Origin: a virus
Taxonomy: Duplodnaviria; Caudoviricetes
IMG/VR virus record: IMGVR_UViG_3300021560_000710
Coordinates: 1 to 27,057 of that record
Direction: 5' to 3' (one strand)
Length of the DNA stretch: 27,057 nucleotides
How positions within the stretch are numbered: position 1 is the first letter of the stretch; every line of letters starts with the position of its first letter. A program made the translations under genes and the position numbers. Shown piece after piece: positions 1 to 9,890 of the stretch. The notes under the pieces were generated by a model. That model saw nothing but the letters and a program-made list of their open reading frames with translations, did no database searches and was not told where the DNA came from.

Positions 1-663
1 CCGCAGACCGACGCGAGATATACCGGCCTGCAGGCCTGCGTATCGTCCACCCGCCAGATTCTACCGACCGGCGTGAGCGACGCGGGCGCGCTGACCAACA
101 CCAACACTTTCCAGCTGACCTTCTGGGATACCGCAGTGAGGACCGCCAAGTCGCTCACCAACGGTATCCGTCCCGTCAAAGTAAATGGCCGCGATTTGTA
201 TGTGGGCGTAATGCACCCCTCACAAGTCACGGATATGCGAACCAACACCTCGACCGGCCAGTGGCTTGACTTAGAGAAAGCGGCGTTAACTGGCGGTGAT
301 ATCGGTGACAACCCGATTTGGTGGAACGCACTCGGGATGTACCACGGCGTCCTGATGCATGAGTCCTCGCGCTGCACGAATTGCGTGGCCAACAACGGCG
401 CGGCGGTGGCGAACACCAAGCGCGCGTTGTTCTTGGGCGCGCAGGCCGCAGTGCTGGCCTTCGGTCGTGGCCAAGGTGAAGCGCAAAAATTCCGGTGGCT
501 GGAAGAGCTGCGCGATTTCGGCAGGCAGATCGGGATTGGTGTGAGCTGCATCTGGGGGATGGTCAAGGTCCAGTTCAATGCGCAGGACTTTGCCGACATG
601 GCAATCGACACCTACGGGATCGACATCGACCCGCTCGGAACCGCAGCGACCAACGCGCAGTAG
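1..663 (+). CDS. Major capsid protein, N4-gp56/DUF4043-like (5' partial)
   Basis: Frame is open from base 1 (PQTDARYTG...). Motifs IRPVKVNG, VMHPSQVTDMR, LGMYHGVLMHE, RALFLGAQA and W.EE..DFG match my recollection of this capsid family. Confidence 0.85.
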   Translation, partial: PQTDARYTGLQACVSSTRQILPTGVSDAGALTNTNTFQLTFWDTAVRTAKSLTNGIRPVKVNGRDLYVGVMHPSQVTDMRTNTSTGQWLDLEKAALTGGDIGDNPIWWNALGMYHGVLMHESSRCTNCVANNGAAVANTKRALFLGAQAAVLAFGRGQGEAQKFRWLEELRDFGRQIGIGVSCIWGMVKVQFNAQDFADMAIDTYGIDIDPLGTAATNAQ

Positions 664-672
664 GAGGGTGAC

Positions 673-1134
673 GTGGCAACGTACAACAGCAATTTGATCC
701 TTGCCGGTGGCGGGCAGGCGAACCCCAGCGTAGTGCCGGGAACCAGCAAGCCCGTGCTCGGGTCCATCGTCATCCCCAGCGGCGTGACCATCCTCGCCAA
801 CGACACCATGCCGCTGTTCTACATGAGCGCAGGCAGTGCCGGTCACATCATCTCGTACTGGTTCGACTCGCCTGCGCTGGACAGCGGCGCGACTCTCACC
901 ATGTCGCTGCTCGACTCGACTACGCCCACGCCGACGACCTTCTTCAGTGCGGTGACCAGCTTCAGGGCGGGTGCAGTTGTAACGTCGTCCAGTGCGGCCC
1001 GCGCCTCGCTGGGTAACGGGGTGAACTACACGGTGCCCAACCTCATCTTCCTGAAGGCTATTGCGGGTGCTGGTGCGAACGTCGGCGGCACGCCGGTGAC
1101 GGTGTATTTCGAGTTCGACATCACGAGGGATTAG
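673..1134 (+). CDS. Putative capsid decoration/cement protein
   Basis: 153 aa beta-rich ORF directly after the capsid gene, GGAGGG RBS, GTG start. Function inferred from position. Confidence 0.55.
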   Translation: MATYNSNLILAGGGQANPSVVPGTSKPVLGSIVIPSGVTILANDTMPLFYMSAGSAGHIISYWFDSPALDSGATLTMSLLDSTTPTPTTFFSAVTSFRAGAVVTSSSAARASLGNGVNYTVPNLIFLKAIAGAGANVGGTPVTVYFEFDITRD

Positions 1135-1137
1135 CCG

Positions 1138-1440
1138 ATGAGGGTTCCCAACACTGGACGTGCGATGCGCAAGCCGAAGCCCGAAGACGACGGGGTTCGC
1201 AAGCGCGTCAACGACGAGGTGCTGCCCTCGAACGATTGGGCGGACGAAGACCCGGAGGTTCCGCAGATGGAGGGCGTCGTGGACGCCTTCTATCCCCGCC
1301 CCCCGGCAGCGGGCAGCGGCCATCTGCAGAGTGCAAATGATGACGTGGATTATGCGGTCTGGGGCTGGAACGAGCAGGCGCGCACCCTAGCACAGGAACA
1401 GCGTCATCATTTTGAAACCATCAACACGAGGAAGAAGTAA
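1138..1440 (+). CDS. Hypothetical protein (100 aa, charged)
   Basis: Packed 3 nt after the previous stop and abuts the next gene. Confidence 0.6.
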   Translation: MRVPNTGRAMRKPKPEDDGVRKRVNDEVLPSNDWADEDPEVPQMEGVVDAFYPRPPAAGSGHLQSANDDVDYAVWGWNEQARTLAQEQRHHFETINTRKK

Positions 1441-1710
1441 ATGGCCGACAAGAAGAAAAATGGCGGGATGATCCATAGCAACGTCTTCAACGAGACGACC
1501 GGAGGCTCCGGGCCTGAAGACTACGACGAGTCAGGCGCGGGCGTTTACCACTCCTATGACGAGGTGCTGAGTGCGCACCTGTCGCAGGACAGCGCGTCTC
1601 TGCTCGAGTCGCCCAACATTGCGGACGGCAATGGGATCATGGGCGGGCCAGCTGCTGGCGAGCCGAATCCCTACGGGTACAGCGGCACGTCAGAGAGCGG
1701 CAAAAAATAG
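1441..1710 (+). CDS. Hypothetical protein (89 aa, acidic/Gly-rich)
   Basis: GAGG RBS; ATG directly after the upstream TAA; followed by a hairpin. Confidence 0.65.
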   Translation: MADKKKNGGMIHSNVFNETTGGSGPEDYDESGAGVYHSYDEVLSAHLSQDSASLLESPNIADGNGIMGGPAAGEPNPYGYSGTSESGKK

Positions 1711-1716
1711 GCGGCG

Positions 1717-1764
1717 TGAGCGGGTGTGTTTGTGCCTGAGAGGGGCGCCACCCGCTCAATTTTT
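1717..1764 (+). terminator. Putative intrinsic terminator after the capsid block
   Basis: TGAGCGGGTG (1717-1726) pairs with CACCCGCTCA (1749-1758), followed by ATTTTT. Confidence 0.6.
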
Positions 1765-1777
1765 CCTGTGATGACTG

Positions 1778-2743
1778 ATGTCTCAGCTATGGCCTCAGAC
1801 TCAGCCCGACCAAAGAACCTTCGGGGCGCAGCAGGCGCGAACCCTCGATGACTTAAATCGCCCCCAGCTCCAAGGCATTGTCGCGACCTACCTGCAGGAC
1901 GCGATGCGCTACTGGCAGAGGCGCCCGTTCTTTTTCACTTCTGCCGATAACCAAGATCCCCTCGTGTGGACGGCCAGCGTCTTTGCCACGCAGGGCTGCA
2001 CCATCCAGTACACCGACCCGAGCGGGCAGGTCTGGAACTTCGTCGCGGCCAACGCGGGCACCACCGACTCGGCCACTCAGCCTAACTTTCAGGCTGCGAC
2101 CGCCTTCCAGTTCGTGACTCCGGTGAACTCGACCGGAGGCCCGCCGCCGATACCGCCTCCGACTGCGGGGTGGCCGGGGACGGTGGACGACAATGGCGGG
2201 CCCCCGAGCGGGATCAGATGGATCAACAATGGACCGATCATCGGGGGATATCACGCGAATCCTCAATTGAGCACTGTTTACGGGGTCAATGAGTACCAGC
2301 TCCCCATCGACCTGATAGCGTTCACCCGAGTGGAAGTGACGTGGGCCCGGACCATCCGGCTTGAGATGGCCCCGTACAGCTACAAGGAGCTGCGCGACTT
2401 TGACGTCATCCGGCCCACCCCGCCCACGACCTACCCAACGGCCTATGCCTATTACCGGGGGCACCTGTACATCTGGCCCTACCCGATAGCCCAGTACCCC
2501 ATAACCTTCAGCTATCGCTCGGCGCCGCCTATCGCCCAGAACGCCGCCGACACCAACATCTGGACGACGCAGGCCGAGGCCATGGTCAGGCACTACGCCG
2601 AGGGCCGCATCCTCGAGGCCGTCATCGGCGATCAGCAGAGCGCGGTGATGTGCTTCGACTTGGCTAACCAAGAGTTCTTGGACCTCCAGCAGCAAACCTC
2701 GCAGCGGGACGTGCGGGCCGGGATCCCGCCGAGCGACTGGTAA
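1778..2743 (+). CDS. Head-tail adaptor/head completion protein with an inserted domain
   Basis: N-terminal helical pair (DDLNRPQL...QDAMRYWQRRPFFF), TVYGVNEYQLP.D and PTAYAYYRGHLYIWPYP motifs are typical of podovirus adaptors; lies directly before the nozzle-like gene. Confidence 0.7.
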   Translation: MSQLWPQTQPDQRTFGAQQARTLDDLNRPQLQGIVATYLQDAMRYWQRRPFFFTSADNQDPLVWTASVFATQGCTIQYTDPSGQVWNFVAANAGTTDSATQPNFQAATAFQFVTPVNSTGGPPPIPPPTAGWPGTVDDNGGPPSGIRWINNGPIIGGYHANPQLSTVYGVNEYQLPIDLIAFTRVEVTWARTIRLEMAPYSYKELRDFDVIRPTPPTTYPTAYAYYRGHLYIWPYPIAQYPITFSYRSAPPIAQNAADTNIWTTQAEAMVRHYAEGRILEAVIGDQQSAVMCFDLANQEFLDLQQQTSQRDVRAGIPPSDW

Positions 2744-2746
2744 GCC

Positions 2747-4186
2747 ATGCCGATTCGCAAGCTGGGAAGTGGGCAGGAAGTCCCGTTTTTCGACTTCGCG
2801 CCCGACCTCAACCTGACCACGCCGGGGATCATCATGGACGCGTCCAACGCGATCCCGACCATCAAGGGGTATCGCGCACGCCAGAGTCCCCAGCAGGTCG
2901 CACCGGCCCTCCCGGCGACCGGCACCGGGGTGCAGGAGCCGCCACTGGGCGGCTATGTGGCGCTTTACTCGGACGGCTCGACGTCCGTCGTAGTGGGCAC
3001 CGCCACGCGCCTGTTCCGCCTCGTGTCCGGGGCGTGGACCCAGATAGGCAGTGGCTACACGGCCACCTTCCCGTGGGTTTTTAATCAGTTCGCCGACGAC
3101 GTCATCGCGACCTCGGCTGGCAACGCCCACATGCAGGTGGCCTCCGGGCCGACCGGCACCTTCGCCAACCTCCCCGATACGGGTGGCGGAACCCCGGCGG
3201 GCCCGCCGCTCAACGCGGCGACCGCCATCTCGGTGGCGGGATTCGAGGTCGCCTATCAAAAGAATCAATGGTGGAACAGCGCCGCCGGGAATGACGGGGT
3301 CTGGTCCCCGCCCGCGAGCGCCACGCAGGTGGCCTTCGGCTTCCTGTACGACTTCCCCGGCAACATCGTTGCGGCGGCGCCCCTGTTCAGAACCCAGCTC
3401 GTCTGGAAGCTCGGCTCGATGTTCCTGCTCACCTATGTCGGGGCGCCGCAGATCTGGTCGAGCCAGATCCTCTCGAGCATCACCGGCACTTGGGGTCAGG
3501 GTTGCGTCTGCCCGATGCCCACGGCGGTCGCATTCCTTGGAACCGATGATTTTTATATGTGCCAAGGCTCGGCCCCCTCGAGAATCCCGAATAGCCACAA
3601 GGAGTGGTTCTTTAATCAGGTCCACAAGGACGCCAACGGGAACCCCGACCAGCTCAACCTGACCTCGAGCTGGTTCGATCCCAACACCGCCACCTGTTAC
3701 TGGCATTACGTCTCGAACAACCCGCCCTTTCCCGGCGTCCCAGACCGCTACGTCGCTTGGAACTCGAGATCCGGGCGGTGGGCCCCCGGCTACCTGAACA
3801 GCCCCTTGGTCATCTGGAACACGCAGGCCGGGAAGCAGGCGGGCTTCTATTTCGACACCAACGGCGCGCTCCAGAGCTGGACCGGCGCGCCCAGCACCAT
3901 GTTCATCCTGACGGGCTATCAGGGGGACGCGGACAATTTAACCCAGCTCCAGAAAGTCCGGGTTTCCTACAACCAAGCCCAGCTCCCCACCGGCCAGATC
4001 CTCATCCCGATGCACACCTACAAGATGGGCGATTATCCGGTGGTGGACACCCCGGCCATCCTCGCCGCCGATGGCTGGTTCAACTTCCGGGCTACCGACC
4101 GTTACCACCAAGTCCAGCTCTCCACGACCGGGAGCTGCGAAATCATGGCGATGGCCTATGAAGGCCGCATCGCGGGGGTGCGTTAA
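2747..4186 (+). CDS. Tail nozzle / packaged-DNA stabilisation protein (P22 gp10-like)
   Basis: 479 aa with beta-propeller-like repeats and an N-terminal FFDFAPD...ASNAIPTIKGY motif; follows the adaptor gene. Confidence 0.65.
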   Translation: MPIRKLGSGQEVPFFDFAPDLNLTTPGIIMDASNAIPTIKGYRARQSPQQVAPALPATGTGVQEPPLGGYVALYSDGSTSVVVGTATRLFRLVSGAWTQIGSGYTATFPWVFNQFADDVIATSAGNAHMQVASGPTGTFANLPDTGGGTPAGPPLNAATAISVAGFEVAYQKNQWWNSAAGNDGVWSPPASATQVAFGFLYDFPGNIVAAAPLFRTQLVWKLGSMFLLTYVGAPQIWSSQILSSITGTWGQGCVCPMPTAVAFLGTDDFYMCQGSAPSRIPNSHKEWFFNQVHKDANGNPDQLNLTSSWFDPNTATCYWHYVSNNPPFPGVPDRYVAWNSRSGRWAPGYLNSPLVIWNTQAGKQAGFYFDTNGALQSWTGAPSTMFILTGYQGDADNLTQLQKVRVSYNQAQLPTGQILIPMHTYKMGDYPVVDTPAILAADGWFNFRATDRYHQVQLSTTGSCEIMAMAYEGRIAGVR

Positions 4187-4683
4187 TGCCGTACAGCACG
4201 ATGGACTACCAGCCGCCCTCGCTGCCCGAGATCCGGCAGATCAAGAGCTTTGACGAGGTGCGCAACGCCATCCAAGAAATCATGCAGTACCTCCAGCGGC
4301 TCGTGGCCGCTGACATGGCGTACTTCCAGCACCTCAAGCACAACGTCAACCACGCCTCCGTCGCCGAGGGCCCCCCGCTTCAGGCGGCGGCGACCATCAG
4401 CCCCTCGCACTTCATCCATGTGGTCGAGGGCACCGCGACCATCACGACCATCGAGCGACCGGCCAACTTCATCGGACACCTGCTGCTGATCTCTCAGGAC
4501 GGGCTCATGCTCGACCAAGGCGGAAATATCAAGCTCATCGAGCCGCCGAATTACCTGAAGCCGACCGGCCACATCAACCTGACCTATGTGCCCTCGATGG
4601 ACATCTGGGTGACTGATACCTGCCGGTTGCAAAACACCCCCACCACGATGCGGATCGGCGGGCGGACGGTGCAGACGACATGA
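4186..4683 (+). CDS. Putative short tail appendage/fibre anchor protein (no signal peptide)
   Basis: TAATG coupling to the nozzle gene; N-terminal amphipathic helix and a C-terminal beta domain (QAAATISPSHFIHVVEGTATITTI). Confidence 0.5.
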   Translation: MPYSTMDYQPPSLPEIRQIKSFDEVRNAIQEIMQYLQRLVAADMAYFQHLKHNVNHASVAEGPPLQAAATISPSHFIHVVEGTATITTIERPANFIGHLLLISQDGLMLDQGGNIKLIEPPNYLKPTGHINLTYVPSMDIWVTDTCRLQNTPTTMRIGGRTVQTT

Positions 4684-5120
4684 CAAGAATACTGGCAATC
4701 GCCGCAATTCTAACCTTGGTGGTCTGGGCGCTGACCGTGTGCATCGCAAGGGCGCAGACCAACGTGCAGGGCAATCAGCACACCACCGCAGGGACACTCG
4801 AGGGGAGCCACCAGTTCACCGGCAACAAGATGACCGGCCTCTCGGTAACGTGGCACTCGCAAGCATCCCGCTGGCTGATGATCTTCGACAGCCAGAGTCT
4901 CCCGGCCAACGGAACCTTCAACGCCCAGACCCCGCTCATCGTCTGCCAGTGGGTGCAGGGTGCAGGTAACCAGCCAGACGGCACCCTGAATTTTGACTGG
5001 AGCGCACATCCGGTCATTGTCCAGACCGGCCTGACGGTGGCGCTCAGCATCAACGCCGCCGCCTGCACGGCGCTGACCGTAGATGGGAACAACAACTGGT
5101 TTGCGGGGCAGATGCAATGA
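4680..5120 (+). CDS. Signal-peptide-bearing beta-rich protein (146 aa)
   Basis: ATGA overlap; begins MTRILAIAAILTLVVWALTVCIARA|Q; 2 Cys in the mature part. Confidence 0.7.
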   Translation: MTRILAIAAILTLVVWALTVCIARAQTNVQGNQHTTAGTLEGSHQFTGNKMTGLSVTWHSQASRWLMIFDSQSLPANGTFNAQTPLIVCQWVQGAGNQPDGTLNFDWSAHPVIVQTGLTVALSINAAACTALTVDGNNNWFAGQMQ

Positions 5121-7003
5121 CCGGAGCGCTGCTGGTCCTCCTGCTCTTTTTTTTCTGCGGGAACGCTCGCGCCCAGATCGTCACGCCGATCTCGGCAGCC
5201 CCCGCTCAGGCTGCGGTGAACGTGCCAAACGGCACCCCTCCGCAAGTTCTGGGCTGGTCAGCTCCAAACACCCCCGAAGCCGAGACAATCGTCGGTGATA
5301 TGACCCTCTCCCGCACTGGGGTGAACCAGTACACCGCCACCGTGCTGACGCTCAGCGGCACCCCGGTCGGCAACCTTGCGACCCTGAATGTCGGCTCGGG
5401 CTTCTCGACCGTGGGCGGGAGCCTCAACCTCTCCGTGCCCATTCCTGTGACCAGTGGTGGAGCTGGTTCGAGCACTGCTGCCAGCACGGGGGCCATCCGC
5501 ATCGCCCAGTCGGCGACCGATTATGAGCCGAAGATTTTGAGCGGGGACGCCACCGTTTCGGTGGCAGGAGTCGTGTCGGTGACCAAGGTCGCCGGGAACA
5601 CTCCCGGTGGTTCCTGCTCCGCGAATAACTACGTCACTTCAATCGACTCCAGTGGAAGACCGACTTGCAGCCCCGTCTCGGGGAACGGGATGCCCAACGG
5701 CAATACGCCTCAGATCGTTGGCTATTCGGGCATCAATACCGGCGAGGCGTGGACGGTGAGCGGTGGAGCGGGGAACTGCACATATGCCAGAACCGGGGCC
5801 AACGCCGCCACCCTGACGTGCTCCGGGTATGCCCCCTTGGCCTCACCGACCTTCACCGGCACGGTGACGATGCCGGATGCCGGGACGTGGACGAGCAGCG
5901 GCATTACCAGCACCGCTGCGACCTTCTCGGGGAATGTCGGGGCGGCGACGGTCAATGCGGCCAACTTCCAGATAAACAGCGGCACCGGCTCGCTCAAGGC
6001 CGCGAACGGAGCCATCTACTATCAGCCGGGATATTCGCTCCCTACCTACCCCGCGACTTGGGATATCAACGGACTGAACAATTTCGAGGGGCTGGGCATC
6101 GGGCAAGCGGTTGGGACAGACCCCATCGACATCACCGACAACATCGCCGGTCCCTCGTGGATCTATGCGCTGAATAACAACGCTGCTGGCACGGCGCTGG
6201 CCGGGGTGAAGTTGTCGAACGGAACCAACGCCGCATCATTCGCAATGATGGGAACGAGTGCCTCTAATCCGGAGGGTGGCGCCAACACGGCGGTACTCCA
6301 TTCCGATCAGGGCCTCAACCTTGCCGCGAATACTGGTCAACCCATCAAGTTTGAAATCAACGGCACCGTGGTGGGGAACTTCGCGGCCAACGGTCTGCAC
6401 CTGACCACGCCGCTTGAGGTTTACAGCGGCGGCACCGGCACTGCGACGGCACCCGCACAGAACCAGATCCTCGTCGCCCAGTCCGCGACTGCATACGCGC
6501 CGGTAACTCTCGCGGGCGATCTGAGTATCACGAGCACCGGCACGGCGACTGTAAACAAGATTCAGGGCTATCCCACCGGGACAGCCATCGCATGGACTCC
6601 GTATTTTGCGAACATCGGCACCGGGACCGCGATAACGGCCACCTACACCACGCAGGATGGCTTCTACGTTCAGATCGGGAAAATTGTCATCTGGACGATA
6701 CATTTGATGTGGTCGAGTTTTAGCGGTGGCAGTGGCAATACGGTGATCAGGGGATTCCCGCTCACGCTGGCGAGTGCTGGGGGTACGATGCCGGGGATAT
6801 CAGGGGCGGCGACCTATGGAGGCATCACATACTCAAGCGGCACGGGTGGCATCCCCGGCATGACAGAACTCGCCTGCCAGATGTCGGGCAACATGATCAT
6901 CTTGGGGGCCAGCGGCAGCGGTCAGGCGGGCAATCTCTCTCTCTCGTACAGCAATTTCGGGAACACGGGCGCGATCTATTGCTCAGGGATAGGTTCACTG
7001 TGA
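5117..7003 (+). CDS. Tail-fibre-like protein 1 with signal peptide (628 aa)
   Basis: Begins MTGALLVLLLFFFCGNARA|Q; fibre motifs YAPLASPTFTGT and PLEVYSGGTG; C-terminal WTP...YTTQDGFYVQIGK...GFP head domain. Confidence 0.8.
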   Translation: MTGALLVLLLFFFCGNARAQIVTPISAAPAQAAVNVPNGTPPQVLGWSAPNTPEAETIVGDMTLSRTGVNQYTATVLTLSGTPVGNLATLNVGSGFSTVGGSLNLSVPIPVTSGGAGSSTAASTGAIRIAQSATDYEPKILSGDATVSVAGVVSVTKVAGNTPGGSCSANNYVTSIDSSGRPTCSPVSGNGMPNGNTPQIVGYSGINTGEAWTVSGGAGNCTYARTGANAATLTCSGYAPLASPTFTGTVTMPDAGTWTSSGITSTAATFSGNVGAATVNAANFQINSGTGSLKAANGAIYYQPGYSLPTYPATWDINGLNNFEGLGIGQAVGTDPIDITDNIAGPSWIYALNNNAAGTALAGVKLSNGTNAASFAMMGTSASNPEGGANTAVLHSDQGLNLAANTGQPIKFEINGTVVGNFAANGLHLTTPLEVYSGGTGTATAPAQNQILVAQSATAYAPVTLAGDLSITSTGTATVNKIQGYPTGTAIAWTPYFANIGTGTAITATYTTQDGFYVQIGKIVIWTIHLMWSSFSGGSGNTVIRGFPLTLASAGGTMPGISGAATYGGITYSSGTGGIPGMTELACQMSGNMIILGASGSGQAGNLSLSYSNFGNTGAIYCSGIGSL

Positions 7004-9654
7004 TCAAGCGACTGATTCTATTTTTGCTGATACTCGGCTACTCCCCGGTTGTCTTCGCGCAGATCGTCACTCCCGGCGGGGGCAACACTGGAGCTGGTCA
7101 GATTACTGGCGGTTCCTGCACGGGTGGGCAATTCCAGAACGGGATGAATACCAACGGCACGCCCCAGTGCGCGACCGTCACGGGCGGCTCGGGCTACCCT
7201 CCCGGTGCCCCAGCGCAGATAGGCGGGTTCGCGGCGACCAACACGTCAGAGGCAGAAACCGTTGGAGGAGATGCGACCTACACGCGAGCGTCAGCGAACA
7301 ACTACACCCTCACGGTGACCAAGACCAACGGCTCGCTGCTCACGGGCATGGCGACTGCGGCGATCCCCTTGAGCATCCTCAATGGCGGCACGGGGATCAC
7401 GACCGCCCCGAGCGCCGGTCAACTACTCATCGGCCAGACCGCGACGACCTATGGACCAAAGACACTCTCAGGAGACGCGACCATCAACTCGTCAGGCGTC
7501 ATCTCAGTGGCGACGGTGGCTGGGGTTGCGCCGGGGCCACTTTACAGCGTGGCGTCTCCACTTCCGGTTGCGAATGGCGGAACTGGACTCAACACCGCAA
7601 CCGCAGCAGGCGACATTCCGGTCGCGCAGACTGCGACCAGCTACCTGATGAAGGCTCTCAGCGGTGACGCAACCATGACGCTGGCCGGGGTTGTGACGGT
7701 CACCAAGATCAACGGGATCACCCCCGGCGGTGTCTGTGGAGGTGGTCAATTCGCCTCGACGATTTCGAGTTCAGGAGTGCCGACTTGCACCACGCCGGGG
7801 GCTTCGGTTCCTGCCGGAACGCTGCCGCAGTTTGTTGGCTATGCGGGCGTGAACACGGGTGAGGCAGAAACACTTTCTGGTGATGCAACCCTGACTCGGG
7901 CCTCGGCGGGCAGCTACACCATCGCGGTCACCAAGACTGGGGGTGTTGCGTTCACTGGCCTAGCGACTGCTGCTATCCCGCTTTCAATTGCCAATGGTGG
8001 TCTGGGCAACACCACCGCTCCGTCTGCGGGCATGATCGATATTGCCCAGTCCGCAACCCTGATCCAGCCCAAGGCACTTTCCGGCGATGCGACCATAACC
8101 AGCGCTGGCGCGATCACCGTAACCAAGACGAACGGCACCGCATTCGGTGCGGCGGCGACTCTGGGAGTCGGTACGAATCTGGCCTCCAGCGGCGGTAACA
8201 TCAACCTCGCCTCGCCGGTCAACAATCTCACCACCAGCGGCACATTGACTTTCCCTGACGGAGCAACAGCCATCGCGCAGGGTCTTTCCAATTTGACTCA
8301 CCTCGCCGTTGGGGCCGCAACCCCCAACGGTGCGTTCAAGGCTGGGCAAGCCGATGCACTAGCCGTCTACAGCCCCGGTGGTACGAGCTTCAGCGCTGGT
8401 CTTGGGGGAGTCTTCGACGGTTGGCTCAGCACCGCCAGCCCGCCGGTCGCGGGAGGCAATATCACTTGGGGCATGTACAACAACGGCACCAATTGGCTCG
8501 CCACTGCCAAGAACATCGATCACATGGCGGTCAACACGGGTGAGATCGGCTGGTTCATGTACGAGAACCAGACGGTGGGGTCAGCGCCCACTAGCTATGT
8601 TCAATACATGGCCCTGCGCGACTCCAGTGCGGGCAGCGGACAGGGACTGTTTCTCACCCAAGGTCAGTTCATTGCCACCAGCGCCAGCGGCGGGACGGGA
8701 GCGGGCGGGCTGTGTATCGGCTGCACTTCCGCATCCACTGACGACATCACCGTCAACGAGAATTTCAACGGTGGAGCGCGCATAGTCACCCAGAACTCCA
8801 GTCACGGGACAAGCTCGCAGGCGCTGGTCAGCGTAATAAACGACAACGGCGTGATAGGCGGGTTCGGAGTCACTGGACATAGCTCTACGTTTGGCGGTTC
8901 CTACCCACCGGACACGGTTTACTGGAACGGCTCTGGCACCAACACCCTGAACATGGCGATTGCTGCGGGCGGGGCTATCCCCAACGGGCAAATTTCTATC
9001 TGGCCCTCCGGTTACGGAGCGTCAGCATTTCTGGTCCGTGCCAACCAGTTTGAGGGCTTGTCCGTATGCGGGTACGCAGGGATGTTTTGTACTGCGAATG
9101 TCGCCGGTCTGGGCGTGGGCAATAGCTATTTATCGGCGCAGACCTTCGCCAACCTAAATATCAGTGGCGGTGCCTACTTCAACGACGGCACGGGGCAGTG
9201 GGTTACAGACGGCGGCGCGGGCAATGGAGTTGGACTAGCTTCGCAAGTCGCTAGTGGTTGGTCGTTCTACACCAGTCCGGGTGGTGCGGCGGGGGTAAAC
9301 GTAGCGTGGACGCGACAAGGACTTTACGACGGCAACGGCTTTCACGTCACTAATATTATGACGGACGGTGGTTCTGCCGCCCCCACCTTTACCAATTGCG
9401 GGCCAATGGCCGGGAGCAGAGATTCCTTCGGCTATTGTAACGTCTCGGCTTGGCCGATCACGATAACCTTCTCTCGCCCGTTCAGCAGCGGCGTCAATAT
9501 AGGCTGTGTTGCAAACGGCGGGGCGGGATCATCGGGACTGCTCTACACCCTCAACCAGAACAATGGCAGCATCCAAATCGGTTGTGTCAACTATGCTGGT
9601 GGTCCCGTGTGCGGTGGGATGTGGATTCAATATATGTGTTTCGGAGTGGGGTGA
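7000..9654 (+). CDS. Tail-fibre-like protein 2 with signal peptide (884 aa)
   Basis: Start reassigned to GTG 7000 (GTGA overlap): MIKRLILFLLILGYSPVVFA|Q. Repeated PLSI.NGG.G and LSGDAT motifs; Cys-rich C-terminal domain. Confidence 0.8.
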   Translation: MIKRLILFLLILGYSPVVFAQIVTPGGGNTGAGQITGGSCTGGQFQNGMNTNGTPQCATVTGGSGYPPGAPAQIGGFAATNTSEAETVGGDATYTRASANNYTLTVTKTNGSLLTGMATAAIPLSILNGGTGITTAPSAGQLLIGQTATTYGPKTLSGDATINSSGVISVATVAGVAPGPLYSVASPLPVANGGTGLNTATAAGDIPVAQTATSYLMKALSGDATMTLAGVVTVTKINGITPGGVCGGGQFASTISSSGVPTCTTPGASVPAGTLPQFVGYAGVNTGEAETLSGDATLTRASAGSYTIAVTKTGGVAFTGLATAAIPLSIANGGLGNTTAPSAGMIDIAQSATLIQPKALSGDATITSAGAITVTKTNGTAFGAAATLGVGTNLASSGGNINLASPVNNLTTSGTLTFPDGATAIAQGLSNLTHLAVGAATPNGAFKAGQADALAVYSPGGTSFSAGLGGVFDGWLSTASPPVAGGNITWGMYNNGTNWLATAKNIDHMAVNTGEIGWFMYENQTVGSAPTSYVQYMALRDSSAGSGQGLFLTQGQFIATSASGGTGAGGLCIGCTSASTDDITVNENFNGGARIVTQNSSHGTSSQALVSVINDNGVIGGFGVTGHSSTFGGSYPPDTVYWNGSGTNTLNMAIAAGGAIPNGQISIWPSGYGASAFLVRANQFEGLSVCGYAGMFCTANVAGLGVGNSYLSAQTFANLNISGGAYFNDGTGQWVTDGGAGNGVGLASQVASGWSFYTSPGGAAGVNVAWTRQGLYDGNGFHVTNIMTDGGSAAPTFTNCGPMAGSRDSFGYCNVSAWPITITFSRPFSSGVNIGCVANGGAGSSGLLYTLNQNNGSIQIGCVNYAGGPVCGGMWIQYMCFGVG

Positions 9655-9890
9655 TGAGAATACTCATCTTGCTGGGAGTGTGCCTGTTGCTGGCTGGGCT
9701 GGCGTATGCCCAATTGCAGTCGCAACCTCTGGCAGTGCCGGGGCAGAAGTCGAGCAGCAATATGCCGATTATGGCCTCGCCCTATCCGACTATCACCCCC
9801 AGCCCCGTGCCAACCCCACCACCACCGGGATGGGAGCGGGCTAATCCACCAATGTCCGGTCCCTCGCCGTGGGGTACGCCTGTACCATGA
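9654..9890 (+). CDS. Small Pro/Thr-rich secreted protein (78 aa)
   Basis: Start ATG 9654 (TGATG coupling, GGAG RBS): MRILILLGVCLLLAGLAYA|Q. Confidence 0.7.
   Translation: MRILILLGVCLLLAGLAYAQLQSQPLAVPGQKSSSNMPIMASPYPTITPSPVPTPPPPGWERANPPMSGPSPWGTPVP

Noticed and set aside
1853-3706. 617-aa minus-strand ORF (also 286-1323, 15914-16792, 17385-18359, 18878-19732, 25832-26806)
   Set aside because: Antisense shadows of well-supported genes in GC-rich DNA; Arg/Gly-rich with no recognisable motifs.
5147-5154. T8 run as a phase-variation tract
   Set aside because: Short, and explained by Phe-Phe-Phe in the signal peptide; no evidence of length variation.
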